63,034 bases of DNA, filler included, from Octopus bimaculoides (GCF_001194135.2; 3 parts of 3 records of this genome joined end to end with filler, not necessarily neighbours in it), one strand, 5' to 3'; positions 10,499 to 23,688 are shown, counted from the first letter of the whole stretch. The notes: generated by a model not told the origin, from the sequence alone. Made by a program: numbers and translations.

Positions 10499-11731
10499 AA
10501 TGAAATGTCCGATTTTGAACTGAAAGTTTATTTTACATTATCTCAACAAAAAGCAATCCACTTAATCAAAGTATACATCTAAATTATCAACGCAATTTTT
10601 GCCATTTTATTGGTAGCTTATTTATGCCAGCAGTGAAGAATTCTGGAGAGCAAGAGGTGATGAAATCACAAAAGGCTGTTTTTGCATCTTCTTCACATTT
10701 GAAGTTTTTTCCTTGCAAAAAGTTGTTTAATGCCTAGAAAACATGATAGTCAGCTGGTGCAAGGTCTGGTGAATATGGTGGATGACAGAGTACTTCCATG
10801 TTCAGTTCCTGTAACTTGAGTAGCATTCTTTGTGCAACATGTAGTCAAGCACTGTCATGCAAGAGAATTGGCTTGTCTCTATTGACCAATATCAGTTGTT
10901 TAATTGCAATTTCATTCACCATTTCATCCAATTGGTTGATGTATACATGCGCTGTAAGTGACTTACCAGATCTCATGAACCTGTAATGGATGACACCAGT
11001 ACTGGACCACCAAACAGACACCATTAACTCTTTTTGGTGAATATTCTTTTTTTGGGTTGTATTTTGGCACTTTGTCTCTATCTAATCACCATGCAGAACG
11101 TTTGCTATTGTTCAAATGAATCCATTTTACATCATACGTAACAATACGATGCAAAAATGCTTCGTTTTTATGCTGTGACAGCAAAGAACGGAAAATTTCA
11201 AGGCGACATGTCCTTTGATACTCATTCAGTTCATGTGGTACCCACTTGTCAGCTTCTTTACCTTGTGAATTTGTTTCCGATGGTCCAATGCAGTTGGTAT
11301 CGAAATATTAAATCTCACTGCTTACTGACGCATAGTTTGAGATGTACCCACTTCCACTACAGTTTCCAGCTCATCATTATCCACCTTCGTCTCAGGTCTA
11401 CCACAGAGTAAAGTTACCAGACCAGAACTTCTCAAACCTTCAACATACAGTGCATTCATTCACCGCATCTTTACCTAACACCTCATTGATATTTTGAGCT
11501 GTCTGGGATGTATTGGTTCCACAACGGAACTCATATTCATAAACAACACGAATTTTTTATCTATCCATGGGGTCACAAAAATTGATTTGCAAGAGAAAAC
11601 TCACAATATAATCAGACATCATGAATAGCATTTTGAAAAGTTGTAAAACGAAGAATTGTCAGGATAAAACATTTAACGACTGTCAAACTTGGTCCATAAG
11701 GAAATTGAACATTTCATTCTTAATGACCTGA
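10499..11731 (-). mobile_element. mariner transposon with disrupted transposase (about 11568 to 10562)
   Basis: Minus-strand translation MDR*KIRVVYEYEFR, LMVSVWW, HPPYSPDLAPADYHVF and KWQKCVD..YFD*. Right TIR ends at 11731 followed by TA. The inner part of the left TIR (aatgaaatgtcc) emerges from the N gap. Confidence 0.9.
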
Positions 11732-11905
11732 TACAATTTTTTTACATCTAATCAATGTGACGGGTCCATCATCATTTTAGTATTCACTTTTCCGTGCTTA
11801 CATGGACTAAACATGGGAGATTGCGCATGGAGCTGCAGTGAAGATGTATCTTTGACCAAGGCCTAATAGGAACTGAGAGTATTTCTACTGTGTAGCTCAG
11901 AACGC

Positions 11906-12005
11906 GGCTAGTGTATCAGAGTGAGGCTGCTGTATCAAATGAGGCTAGTGTATCAGAACAAGGCTACTGTATCAAAGCGAGGTTAGTGTATCAAAGTGAG
12001 GTTAG
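11906..12005. repeat. About 19-bp minisatellite, 5 degenerate copies (ggctagtgtatcaaagtga)
   Basis: Direct reading. Confidence 0.85.
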
Positions 12006-12469
12006 ATACTTCATCGATATATTCGTCTGCTGTGCAGGTCAACTGTAGTGCCTCTGGTCACATATTACTATGCCTCAGTTGTGTAGCTCTGCTACAAGGC
12101 AATTATTTACAATATCATAATACTTGACTTGTTCCCCCACTTCCCCAACACAAGAGAATCTGTTAGGTAGCATGCAAACATTAAGAGAATGTAATACAGA
12201 TTAATTGTAGTTATACTCAGAAATATTAAGTTGAATAAAAATGCATGCATATAAAAGATATAACAGCTTTTAAAAATTTTACTATATAAGTCCTTAAAGG
12301 GAAATTTACAGGTAAAATGTTTACCATTGGAAGTTATAAAATAGTTATAATTAAAATGCTGTCTATTAGAAGCATAATAATAATGATGGTTGCTTGACAA
12401 AGGAAAGGACTTAAAATTAAAGAGAGTAATAGAAAGAAAACAAAAAAGAAAAACACTAAGAAGCTGCAT

Positions 12470-14373
12470 CTATTTTTAATGGATGCATGAATATAATTTG
12501 AGTCTAGGTATGGATTTTTCTATGAAATTGCAATGGAGATATTGATGATTTTGATTTTGCCTGGGATTATGCAAATGCGTCTGTTGCTTGCAGGATATAG
12601 TTCTTCTATTGTTCTTTTTCTTCAACTCAAATTGTTTGGATGCATTGTGACAAATTTTACACCATGCTGATTGATCCAGACAATAACTTTCCCAAGATGT
12701 CAAATTATGCTGTAGAAATTTTAGTTATTGCTTCAACTTATCCTTATACCTAAGGACAGGTCTTCCTTTGTCGCAATATCCCTCCACTTGTTGACCACAC
12801 AGAAGAATTTTTGGAATGCAGTCATTTTTCATCTGAACAACATGTCCTACTCATCAGCATGCTTTGGATACTGGAGATAACACATTTTTCTAAGATTTTG
12901 ACATTGGATAGCTTATCTTGCCATTTTATGTAGCATATGTTGTGCAAACAGCATATGTGAAAGGTTTTGAGTTATTTTATATGTCTGTAGTAGGGAGTCT
13001 ATGCTTCTGCCCCATAAAAAAATGTGCTCAAAATACAAGATTTGTATTCACTTATCTTAGTTTTCCAACTGACATCATGTTCATCCCACAAATGATGGAA
13101 AGTTTTCCAAAAGCACTTGTAGTTTTAGATATTCTAACGTTGGTTTCATCATTGAGAGTACTTTTAAAGATATTTAAATGACCCAATCCATTTGAGTTGT
13201 ATGTTGTCTATCATCACATTTGAGTCTTGAGTATGTCCTACCCCAGGCCTTGGTTGGAATCAGACTTTTGTCTTCTTGATGTTGATAGTCAGTCTAAATA
13301 CATGAGCTGCCACAGCAAACCTGTTGACTGTTTCCTGAATTCCTTCAAATATGTGAGAAATCAAAGCACCAACAAACAGAAAATCATGCAGAATCTCTTC
13401 TTTGGTCTTTTTCTTTGATCTGAAACTTTGCTCTTTCAGATTTAATAAACTTCCTTCTGTGTAAAACTAGATTTTTACACCTTCATGGTAATCCCTGAAA
13501 GTATGTTGAAGGACCATTGAAAAGAATATGGAAAAGTACAGGGGCTAAAACACATCCCTGTTTGGTTCCAGTGACAACAGAAAATGCTTCTAAACATTGA
13601 CTACCAGATATCACTGTTGCCACCATTCCTTTGTGTAAGGATGCTATTACCCTTATCATTTGATCAGAAAGTCCAGCTTTTGACAAAATTTTCCAGAGCA
13701 CCTCATGATTCACTGTATCAAAGGCCTTGGCCAAGTTGACAAAGACCATGTACAAGTCAGTATTTTGTCTACGTGCTTTTTCTTGAACTTGCTGGAAGGC
13801 AAATATCATGTCAATAGTGCCTCTCCCAGCCTGAAATCCACATTGAGATTTAGGATATATGCTGTTTATTACATGTCTATTGATGTGGTTAAGGATCACT
13901 CTCGCAAGAATTTTTCCAGCTATGCACAACAAGCTTATTCCCCTGCGATTATCACATACACTCTTGTTCCCCCTTGTTTTTGTACAAGTGCATTATAGAT
14001 GCATCTTTGAACTGTTGAGGAACAGATCCAGTTTTCCAGATCAAACAGATCAATTTTCGCAGCTTACTTGCAAGTTGTCTGCCACCATGCTTGTACACCT
14101 GTATGAGAATACCATATTATTCAGGAGCTTTATCATTGAAAAGTTTTTTGATAACATTACTTATCTCTTCCAAGGAAGGATCTTTCACTAGTTCTTCAAA
14201 TGTAGGCCACTGGGAGATTTCAATGATTAGTTCAGGATCGGTAGTGGATTCTTGATTTAATACAGATTTAAAGTGTTCAACCCATCTCTTCAGAATTTCA
14301 TCTTTGCTACTTAAAAGTTTTGTTCCTCTCGTTAGAGAGAATAGGTTTTGGACGAAATACACCCTTCAGATTG
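12470..14373 (-). mobile_element. BovB-like RTE LINE, RT and C-terminal part
   Basis: IAGKILARVIL, SQCGFQAGRGTIDMIF, FVNLAKAFDTVNHE, GTKQGCVLAPVLF and a C-terminal WESYCLDQSAW. Confidence 0.9.
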
Positions 14374-14557
14374 TGTTTTAGGGAATTAGTAATGATGGTA
14401 CACACCTCCCACATGACGAATGGAATAACCTAGTCACTATAAGTAAAGAGAGTACGTATTAGATGGTCAGAGACAGTCGTGTCTTTACTGGTTTTACTAA
14501 GTATACTGCATACTAAAGTGGGTGTTATAACAATCCAATCTTATAAGGATTATAACA
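14374..14557 (+). repeat. 5' LTR (184 bp)
   Basis: Aligns end to end with 19269-19451; about 32 differences by manual count. Confidence 0.92.
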
Positions 14558-14662
14558 GTGGAGACAAGGATAAACCAATTCACATAGAGTAAATAGAAAC
14601 TGGAAGAGGAGTTAATAAACTCACAAAGTTGGTGTACAAATTTTACGAAAAATTGTAAAAGC

Positions 14663-15590
14663 ATGGAAAATTTGTTGGCAGGTTTGCTCGAGTTACAAAA
14701 ACTACAACAACAGCAGCTGAAAGAAGAAGAACAACAGCTGCAAGAGCAACAACAACAGCAGATAATATTACAGCAACAAATGCTGCAATTACTGAAGTTG
14801 TCACGAAAATCAGAAAAAGTGTTCTTGACAGACTATGTTGCAAACTTCATAACAGAGATCAAATGCAAACATAATGAAAGAGTTACCTTTGAGGCATACA
14901 ACAGAAGTTATGAGCAAATCTTTGAGAAAGAATGTAAAGATTGGGACAACGAGATGAAAACACTCTTAATCTTGAGAAAACTGGTGGCAGCAGGACATGA
15001 TCGTTACAGTAATTATGTACTCCCAAGAAAACCTTTGGACATAAACTTTAATGACACAATAGATATATTATGTAAAATTTTCAGTTAAGAAAGCTCATTG
15101 TTTAACACACAAAAGTGTCTGAACACAGAGAAAAACAAAAACGAGGACTACATCAGATATGCTGATAGAGTTAAACTGGATGAATTAACACCATATATAC
15201 TCATATGCTTGATTTTTACACAGGGACTAACTGCCAAAAAGGACGCAGAAGTTAGAACTAGAATTCTTGCAAAGATGGAACAAAACCAGGATGTAAACCT
15301 ACAGCAAGTGTCAGGAGAATGTGAAAAGATAGTCAAATTAAGACATGACTCAGGAAATTGAACGTAAAGATTGTTTTCAAGTAAAGCAGGTGCAAAATAG
15401 TCAGAATCGAGATAAAGTGTTTCCAAAGAAACACAACAAAAATCAGGAAATAAACCCATGTTTTGCATGTAGAGGTATACACCTGGGGAAAAATTGTCCA
15501 TTTAAAAAAGCAGAGTACTTTCGTTGTGGAAATATAGGACATATAGACAAAACGTCAAAACGTCAGAACGTCAGAACAAAGGAAAAAGAA
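14663..15590 (+). pseudogene. gag: Gypsy gag remnant
   Basis: Q-rich N-terminus, FEAY..YE.IF..EC, LIFTQGL..DAEVRTRIL and a degenerate zinc knuckle CFAC.G.H...CP. Confidence 0.85.
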
Positions 15591-15599
15591 TAGATAGTA

Positions 15600-18500
15600 T
15601 CTCATTGGAAGAAATTGTTAATATAACGATGAGGAAATTTGTGAAGGTGAAAATCAGAAATACAACTGTTAAAATGCAGTTGGACACTGGTAGTGATATC
15701 ACCATTATAAACAGAAAAACTTGGAAATATGTCAGTAAGTCAAAATTAATTAAATCGGAAAAGATAGCACATAGTGTTATGGGAAAAAGATTATATTTTT
15801 TCAGTGAATTTGTATGAAATGTAACATTTTGAGGTCAAATGAAAAAAGCAAAGATATATGAGTGGATGGAGCTATTCAAATTGTGGGATACGCCCATAAG
15901 TGTTCTGTGTGGAAATATAGTTGGGTCAGTCAAAGGTGCAAATGAGGCTGAAGGACTGAAACAAAGAATAAAAAAATTAATTCCAGATGTTTTTTTGAAA
16001 GAACTAGGCTGTTCTACAAAAACAAAAGCTAAGATTGCTATAAAACAAAGTGCAACACCAGTCTTTAGACCAAAACGAAATGAACCTTTTGCAGCAAGAG
16101 ACCAGGTTAACAAAGAACTGGAAAGACTGGAAAGTCTTAGTATAATTGAAAAGATAGACCACTCAGACTGAGCAGCACCGATGGTTTACATGAAAAAGAA
16201 GAATAGCAAACTAAGAATTTGTGCAGATTTTTCAACAGGGTTGAATGATTGTTTAGTTACACATAACTACCCATTGCCGAGTCCGGAGGAAGTGTTTGCA
16301 AAATTGAATGGAGGGAAATTCTCAAAATTAGATCTCTCAGCAGCATATCTACAAATGCAAGTAGAAGAATGCTCACATTTATTAACAATTAACACACACC
16401 GTGGCTTATTTAAATTTAAGTGGTTTCACTTCAGTGTAAAAGTGGTTCCTACCATATTTTAACAAGTAATGGATGCAATGTTGAGTGATTGTGATTTCGC
16501 TACTGCCTATTTAGACTATATTTTAATAAAGAGTGAATTACAGGAACAACACTTTGAACACGTTAAAAGAGTATTTGAGAAAATAAGTGAATATGGGTTC
16601 AAGTTAACAGAAGAAAAATGTGAGTTCTTGTTGAATGAAATCAAATACTTAGGACAAGTAATTGACAAAAACGGAAGAAAACTGGAACCATCAAGGGTAA
16701 TTGCAATAAAGAATATGCCCACACTGAAAAATGTAACTACACTGCAGGTATTTTGGGGTTTAGTAAGTCTAAATTCCAAACACACATAATGTAAGAGTCC
16801 CACTCATTGATCTATTGAAAAAGAATACAAAATGGTGCTGGACAGATAAGTTTCAGAAGGCATTCAATGAATTGAAAAGTATTTTAACTTTGGATCTATC
16901 ATTGACACATTTTGATCCAAAGTTGGAAACTGTACTGACTAAAGATGCAAGTGTGTACGGTGTAGGAGCCATACTTCTGTATAAATATGATGATGGCAGT
17001 AAAAAGGCTATAGCCCATGTGTCAAGGACGTTATTGCCATCTGAAAAGAACTATAGTCAGATAGAAAAAGAGGCGTTGGCAATCATATTTGGTGTCGAGA
17101 TGTTCCATGGATTTATCCATGGAAGTCGTTTCTGTTAGCAAACAGGCCATCGCCCGCTGCTGACAAAAAAGAAATCCCAACACACACAACATTGGGGCAC
17201 TACGTTATTAAATTATGACTACAGAATAGAGTATCTACCATTGAAAAAACTAGAGCATGCAGATGGTTTGTCTAGACTGATACCAAAACACTACAAGCCA
17301 TTTGAAGATACAGTAATCGTAGTTCTAAGAGCTGAAGGTGAAATAAAAAATGTAATGTGGAACATGGTACAAGAATTACTGGTAACCCTAGATGATATAA
17401 GGCAGAATGAGGTAAAAGACAAGTATATAAAGGAAACAAAAAGAACACTGTGGTCAATAAAAGAAAATAGGAACAGGTTTGGTGCGAAACAAAACCAAGC
17501 TGTGAACCCATACTCAATGTATGATGGCATACTGATGTATGCACAGAGAGTAGTGATACCAGAAACGCTACAAAAGAAAATGTTGAGAAAATTTCACATC
17601 AAACATCCTTGTATTTCAAGGATGAAAGCTTTAATGCGCAGTTACATATCCTGGCTGAAAATGGACAGAAAAATCGAAAATTTGGTGAAAGGCTGTAGAG
17701 AAAGTGCTCTAGCAGCAAAATTGCCCACTCTAAAATGTGAACCTTGGCCAAAAGTAGATGTTCTGTGGTCGAGACTACACATCAATTTCGCTGGTTCTTT
17801 AAATGGTTCATTCTATTAAGTGGTAGTTGATGGTTTTTCAAAATGGCCTGAAATTTGCAAGTGTAAAAAACCAACCTGCTCGACTGTTTGCAAGATTTGG
17901 CATCCCAAACAAGATAGTGTCTAACATCATCATCATCGTTTAACGTCCGCTTTCCATGCTAGCATGGGTTGGACGATTTTACTGAGGACTGGTGAACCCG
18001 GATGGCAACACCAGCCTCCAATCTGATTTGGCAGAGTTTCTACAGCTAGATGCCCTTCCTAATGCCAACCACCCAGAGAGTGTAATGGGTGTTTTTACGT
18101 GTCACCCGCACAAAGGCCAGTCAGGCGGTACTGGCAACCGCCACACTCAAAATGGTGTATTTTATGTGCCACCCGCACAAGAGCCAGTCCAGGGGTACTG
18201 GCAACGATCTCGTTCGAAAATCCTTACACATGTCATGGGCACAAGTGCCAGGAAGGCGACGCTGGGCACAGGTGCTATCCCANNNNNNNNNNNNNNNNNN
18301 NNNNNNNNNNNNNNNNNNNTACTGGCAACGGCCACGCTCAAAATGGTGTATTTTATGTGCCACCCGCACAAGAGCCAGTCCAGGGGTACTGGCAACGATC
18401 TCGTTCGAAAATCCTTACACATGTCATGGGCACAAGTGCCAGGAAGGCGACGCTGGGCACAGGTGCTATCCCAATTTCGCTATTCGCTTACCCCAATAAG

Positions 18501-19167
18501 TCTTCGCAAGCTGAGTTTTGTGTCCAATGAAGGAGACGACGTTGGCACGGGTGCCATGCAATTTGTGTCTAGCAAATTTTAAAAATTTTGTGAAGCATTC
18601 GCAGTAGAACATATAACTGTGGTGCCATACCATCCTAGATCTAATGGACAGGCAGAAGGATATCTTCAAAAGAGCCCTTGGAAAATCAAATAAGGAAGTC
18701 ACAGATGAGATAGCTCTACAACAGTTCTTAAGAGTATACCATGTGACACCAAATCTGAATACACCAGCAGAGCTGATGTTTGCATGGAAAGTAAATTGCT
18801 ACCTGGCAAGAAAAGGAAAAGTACCAGGTAAGACAAAGCAGGATTCTCTAAAGTTGGTGAAAAGGTGTATATGAGGGCATATAAGAATGGAAAACTGTTG
18901 GGAAGATGGTGTAATTACCAAATGCATAGGTAAAATGCTGTACTGGGTAAAAAGTAGAAAAGGCATAAATAATTGAGACACATGAATCAACTGAAAAAAA
19001 GATTCGTGGACAGTGAACCCAAGAGGTTGGAGGAACTGATGGAATGGTTATACGATATGTTCCAAGTACCAACGTCACTACACATGATTGAACCCAGGAA
19101 TACAAGTGAGAGGAAAAGAAAACATACAGAGTTCCCGAAAATAGATGCCAAGTGCAAAAAATATTAA
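15600..19167 (+). pseudogene. pol: Gypsy pol remnant (protease, RT, RNase H, integrase)
   Basis: MQLDTGSDITI (PR); LRICADFSTGLN, FSKLDLSAAYLQ and AYLDY (RT); DASVYGVGAIL and NYSQIEKEALAI (RH); HIKHP..MKALMRSY and VVDGFSKWPE (IN). Confidence 0.9.
17925..18555 (-). mobile_element. RTE-family 3' UTR fragment inserted in the Gypsy integrase
   Basis: (CAT)n tail complement, then gtttaacgtccgctttccatgctagcatgg. The flanks rejoin as the integrase motif IVSN..QFVSSKF. Confidence 0.85.
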
Positions 19168-19268
19168 ATTTTATGGAAAAAAAAACTTAAGAAAGGGAGG
19201 TGGGGGTGAATAAAAAATAATATTGTTAAATAAAAGGACATTTCCTAAGAAAAACTTAAAAGGAGAGA

Positions 19269-19451
19269 TGTTGTATGGAATTAGTAATAATGGTACACCC
19301 CTCCCAGGTGACAAATAGAATAATCTAGTCACTATAAGTAAAGAGAGTATGCAGTAGGCAGTCAGAGATAGCCATATCTTTAATCGTTTTACTAAATATA
19401 CTCTTAACCGAAGTGGGTGTTATAACAATCCAAAATTTTAAGGATTATACA
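19269..19451 (+). repeat. 3' LTR (183 bp)
   Basis: Preceded by the purine tract AAAAGGAGAGA; matches the 5' LTR. Confidence 0.92.
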
Positions 19452-19790
19452 GTACTCTTAAGTTGTGAGAGTTAGCAGCCTGTTCCAATTCCTGGGCTTT
19501 TTTTGCCCACCAAGAATTTTTCATCTTACACAGTTTTTCCTGCATAGTTTTTCTAGAGAAGATACATAGGAATCTGAGGGTTGGTGAGTTTCTGACTGCA
19601 ATGTTTCTAGGAGAGGTTTTATTTGAGAATCATTCTCAGCAAACCGATCTTGGTGCCTGTGTTTTACAGATGATTTGATGCTGTCAAATATTGTGCCACA
19701 ACATTTCAGGGTCATTGCATTCCTCTATTTCCACAAGCATTGAATTTAAATGCATTTCAAAATTTTTTGTCGTTTCTGGATTTTTTAAAG
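19452..19790 (-). mobile_element. Upstream part of the BovB-like RTE split by the Gypsy element
   Basis: KHRHQDRFAENDSQI and MKNSWWAKKAQELEQAANSHN; continues beyond the LTR element into NLKGVFRPK at 14373. Confidence 0.8.
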
Positions 19791-22700
19791 AAGTGACATT
19801 TAAGAGATCCAAAATACTTTTCATCTGTTAAGGAAACCATTAGCAGTGATGTCAGGCAAAATGCCTACTCTTTGGAACATGATAGAGATATTAGTACAGT
19901 TAATTTGTCTGAGATTGAATTTGTTAAAAATGATCAATTACTTTTGGAAACTCTATTAATGGAAATTAGAGGAAAATCTATTTCATTTCCTTCGTTTTTA
20001 AAAAAATTTAGAGTAAAAAAAGAACAAGATTTATTAGATGATATTAAGCAATTGGAAACCAGTTTTTTGGAAATCAGGAAATTAGAGAAAAAAAAAGAAA
20101 AGAATAGAGGAGATTCATAAAGTAAAAATGGAGAGCATTATTATTTGCTCAAGGGCCAAGTGAATAGATGAAAGGGAGAAGGCTAGCCAATATTTTTGCA
20201 ATCTAGAAAATAGGATCAAACAGGATTCATGTCTAACAGATACATTGGTAATAACATAAGACTGATATACAATTTGATGAATTACACAGAATCCAATGAT
20301 ATACTGGGAATGGTGTTTTTAATAGATTTTGAGAAGGCATTTGATTCTCATTTTTGGTTTTAGTGAGGACATCTGTAAGTGGTTCAATATTCTTTACAAT
20401 GATGCTAGATCTTATTTGAGTATTAATGGTACCTTGTCTCCTTGATTTCCTGTTGAGTGGGGCTGTAGACATGGTGATCCTCTCTCTCCATATATTTTCA
20501 TCCTGTGTCAAGGTCCTGGCTGGTCTTATAAGAAAGAACAGTGATATTAAAGGAATTATAGTTGACAATGGGGAGTATCTGTTGATGCAGTATGCAAAAG
20601 ATACAGAGTTCATTTTAGATGGTTCACAAAAGTCTTTTGAAGCTACAGTCGATACTTTTTTTGCTGATATATCCGGACTTAAAATTAACTATGATAAGTC
20701 CCAGGTGATAAGGATAGGTGCAAGAAGGGACAGCCCGGTCAGATACTTACCTTGTTTAAACATACAATTGAACCCAGATTATTTCAAGCTTCTGGGTGTA
20801 ATATTTTCAACAGATTTAAATGTTATGGCTAAAAAAGAATTTTGAAAATAAATTATTTGAGATTCAAGTAATAATCAATAGATGGATGAATAGAATAATT
20901 ACACCACCTGGTAGAATTGCTCATTTCAAAATTGAATCACCTCTTCCTTACTCTCCTAAATTTTATCGAGCAAATTTCTTCAGGAATTAAACAAAATGTT
21001 GTTTAAATTTCTCTGGACTGGAAAACCCGATAAGATCAAGAGAATTGTAGCATGTAAGCCTGTTAAAGAGAGCGGATTTGGTATGGTGGAAGCTTCTGCT
21101 TATGTCGCGTCTTTAAAGTTATTTTGGATGAGAAAGTTGTTGGATATTAATTATGAATCCAAATGGAAACATTTGTGCTATGCCTCCTCCCCAAAACTGC
21201 AAAGTTTAGCTGTATTTGGTAACATTTTTCTGAATAAACTCTCCAAGGATGTTAAGAATGACTTTTGGCATAATTGTATTTCTACTTTTGATAAGTTTAC
21301 AAATAAGACAGAGCCTGAATTCATAATAGAACCAATCTATTATAATAAGCACTTAAAAGTTGGTAAAGAGGTAATCTTTTGTTCTGCATAGTTTGATAAA
21401 GGTGTTAGTCAGATTCGTGATTTTATCAACTTAGATGGATTGTATCATACCCTTGCAGAATTCCAGAGTACTTTTGAACTTGATATCAATTTTCTTCATT
21501 ATAATGGTCTTATCATGGTTATTAAAAGCTACCAAGCAAGGTTAAAGATAAGCAAACCTACTTCTCTTCAACAATTAGATGATAATACAGCTATTAGAAA
21601 GCTTGTGTCAGTTAAGAAAGGAACCAAGCATTACTATTACATTTTAAGTGCATCTGGTGTTTGTTTAAAATTCAGACATAAATGGGAAGAGTATATGCTT
21701 GCTGAACTAGAATGGGAAAAAATATTTGTATAACCTATAAAGACAACAATAGGTATTAAATTGCTATGGTTTCAGTTCAGAATTATGCATAGTATTTTAA
21801 CAACTAATTCTGTCCTATTTAAGATCAAATTAGCTGAAAGCAACTTATGCACTTTTTGTCAATTTGAAGTTGAGACAATAACACACCTTTTTTTGGTATT
21901 GTACAACATGTGAAAGCTTTTTGGCAACACTTTCTTGAATTGTTGTATTGAAAATGCTTGCATGTTCACACCATGTACTTTGACCTACAGCTTATTGTGT
22001 TTGAGTTGAGAAAGAATATATATACTGATGGTGTTTTTGACTTACTATCATTGTTAGCTAAATTTTTTATATATAAAAGCAAAGTGAGAATAAGAGTATA
22101 AGATTAGGATGGGCAAAGTTCAGAGAGCTTGTGAGAATAAGATTAGGCTGGGCAAAGTTCAGAGAGCTCCCACCCCTTCTGGCAACAAAGGGCATCTCTC
22201 TTAGAGTGAAAAGCAGAGTGTCTGATGCCTGTGTGTGAACAGCTATATTGCATGACAGTGAAACATGGGCTGTGACAGCCGAGGACATGCATAAGCTTGA
22301 ACGAAATGAAGCCAGTATGCTTTGCTGGATGTGTAATGTCTGTGTGCATGTTCAACAAGGTGTAAGCATCTTGAAAGAAAAGTTAAGCATAAGAGGCATA
22401 AGATGTGGTGTGCAATAGCGATGACTGTGCTGGTATGGTCATGTGATGTGTATGGACAAGGACAGCTGTGTAAAGAAGTGCTGATCTCTAACTGTGGAGA
22501 GAACCTGTGGTAGAGATAGATTCAGGAAGACATGGGATAAGGCGGTGAAGCATGATCTTCAAACTTTGAGCCTCAAAGAGGCAACAACTAGTGACAAATC
22601 TTTGGCAATGTGCAGTGCTTGAGAGGACTCATCAAACGAAGTGCATCCATGCTGGTGGCATGTAAAGAACACGTTTCAAGCATTGGGCCTCATGGAGGCA

Positions 22701-23238
22701 AAGTGACTGAGTTCCTTTCAAGTGTTGGGCTTAACGGAGGCAATGACCAAGACCTTTGACATTATGTTGTGCTTGAGATGAAGGCCCATCAAGCTAAGCA
22801 AAATCGCAGTTGTGGTAGATACTGGTATCAAGCAAATTGGCAGCCATGCTGGTGACACATAAAAGCATACTGGTGTCATGCAAATGGAACCCATGTTGGT
22901 GGCATGTAAAAACATCCATTACACTCTTGGAGTGGTTGGCATTAGGAAGGGCAGCCGTAGAAAACCATACCAAATCAGACTGGAGTCTGGTGCAGTCTTC
23001 CAGTGTGACAGCACGGTCAAACTGTCCAACCCATGCCAGCATGGACAACGGATGTTAAATCATGATGATGATGATGATGATGATGAAAGTATTAAAAAAT
23101 GCTCTTAGCTTTAAACATTTTAAACACTTTGTACATGATAGGTATCATATTGAAAAGAACATATCTTTTAGTAAAAGTGAGCAAGATAAATTTTATAAAA
23201 AGTGGATGCTTTACTATGATTTTGCAAATGTTAAGTAA
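19790..23238 (+). mobile_element. L1/Tx1-like LINE ORF2 remnant (interrupted at 22086-23090)
   Basis: LLMEIRG, FLIDFEKAFDS, GCRHGDPLSP, QYAKDT, GLKINYDKS, FKFLWTGKPDKIKR and FQFRIMH..CTFC..ETITHLF. The C-terminus YKSKV|LKNA..IEKNI..KW* resumes after the insertion. Confidence 0.88.
22086..23085 (+). mobile_element. 5'-truncated RTE LINE (3' coding end plus UTR) with putative 5-bp TSD AAAGT
   Basis: RIRLGWAKFREL, WYGHVM and RKTWD; (GAT)n tail; AAAGT at 22081-22085 and 23086-23090. Confidence 0.88.
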
Positions 23239-23594
23239 TCCTTTTTTGGTTGTTACTTCTTGCTTCTTCATAATATTATTAATTCTAACTATGTGGAACC
23301 TCAAGAACTTATTGTAATTGTTTGAAGATTTTAGGAGCAATTGGTGAGTGAATGTGTTGTAGTGTGTAGTCTTGTCTTTCTTTTTTTTCAAAAAAGTCCT
23401 ATTTTCCACCTCTTCATAACAACTTTATATAAGACTTCACAGTCCCCTGGTTGTGCTGTCTTCAACTGTAACAAATAGAACAGGAAATAAAAAAAAAATT
23501 AATAAAAACAAAATCCAGGAACTTTTCACCACTCCCTCGTACAAAAACTACTGAACTATATTCTCTGGAACTTGGCGCAGCTCCCTGGCTTACT

Positions 23595-23658
23595 GGTTTA
23601 AAGTCAAACTGTTCAATCCAGGCCAGCATGGAAAGCGGACGTTAAATGATGATGATGA
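23595..23658 (+). mobile_element. Very short RTE-type 3' end
   Basis: ccaggccagcatggaaagcggacgttaaatgatgatgatg matches the family terminus. Confidence 0.7.
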
Positions 23659-23688
23659 ATATGAATAATGAAAGCTGGAAAACAGCTT

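Larger units (their letters stand above)
14374..19451 (+). mobile_element. Full-span but decayed Ty3/Gypsy LTR retrotransposon (Mag / K02A2.6-like)
   Basis: Two related LTRs (TG...CA), a PBS-like TGGAGACAAG after the 5' LTR, a PPT at 19258-19268 and gag-PR-RT-RH-IN order with many stops. Confidence 0.93.

Noticed and set aside
18130-18473. 153-bp direct repeat on either side of a 38-N gap
   Set aside because: Near-identical (2 differences) and flanking a gap, so most likely unmerged contig overlap or haplotypes rather than a true duplication.
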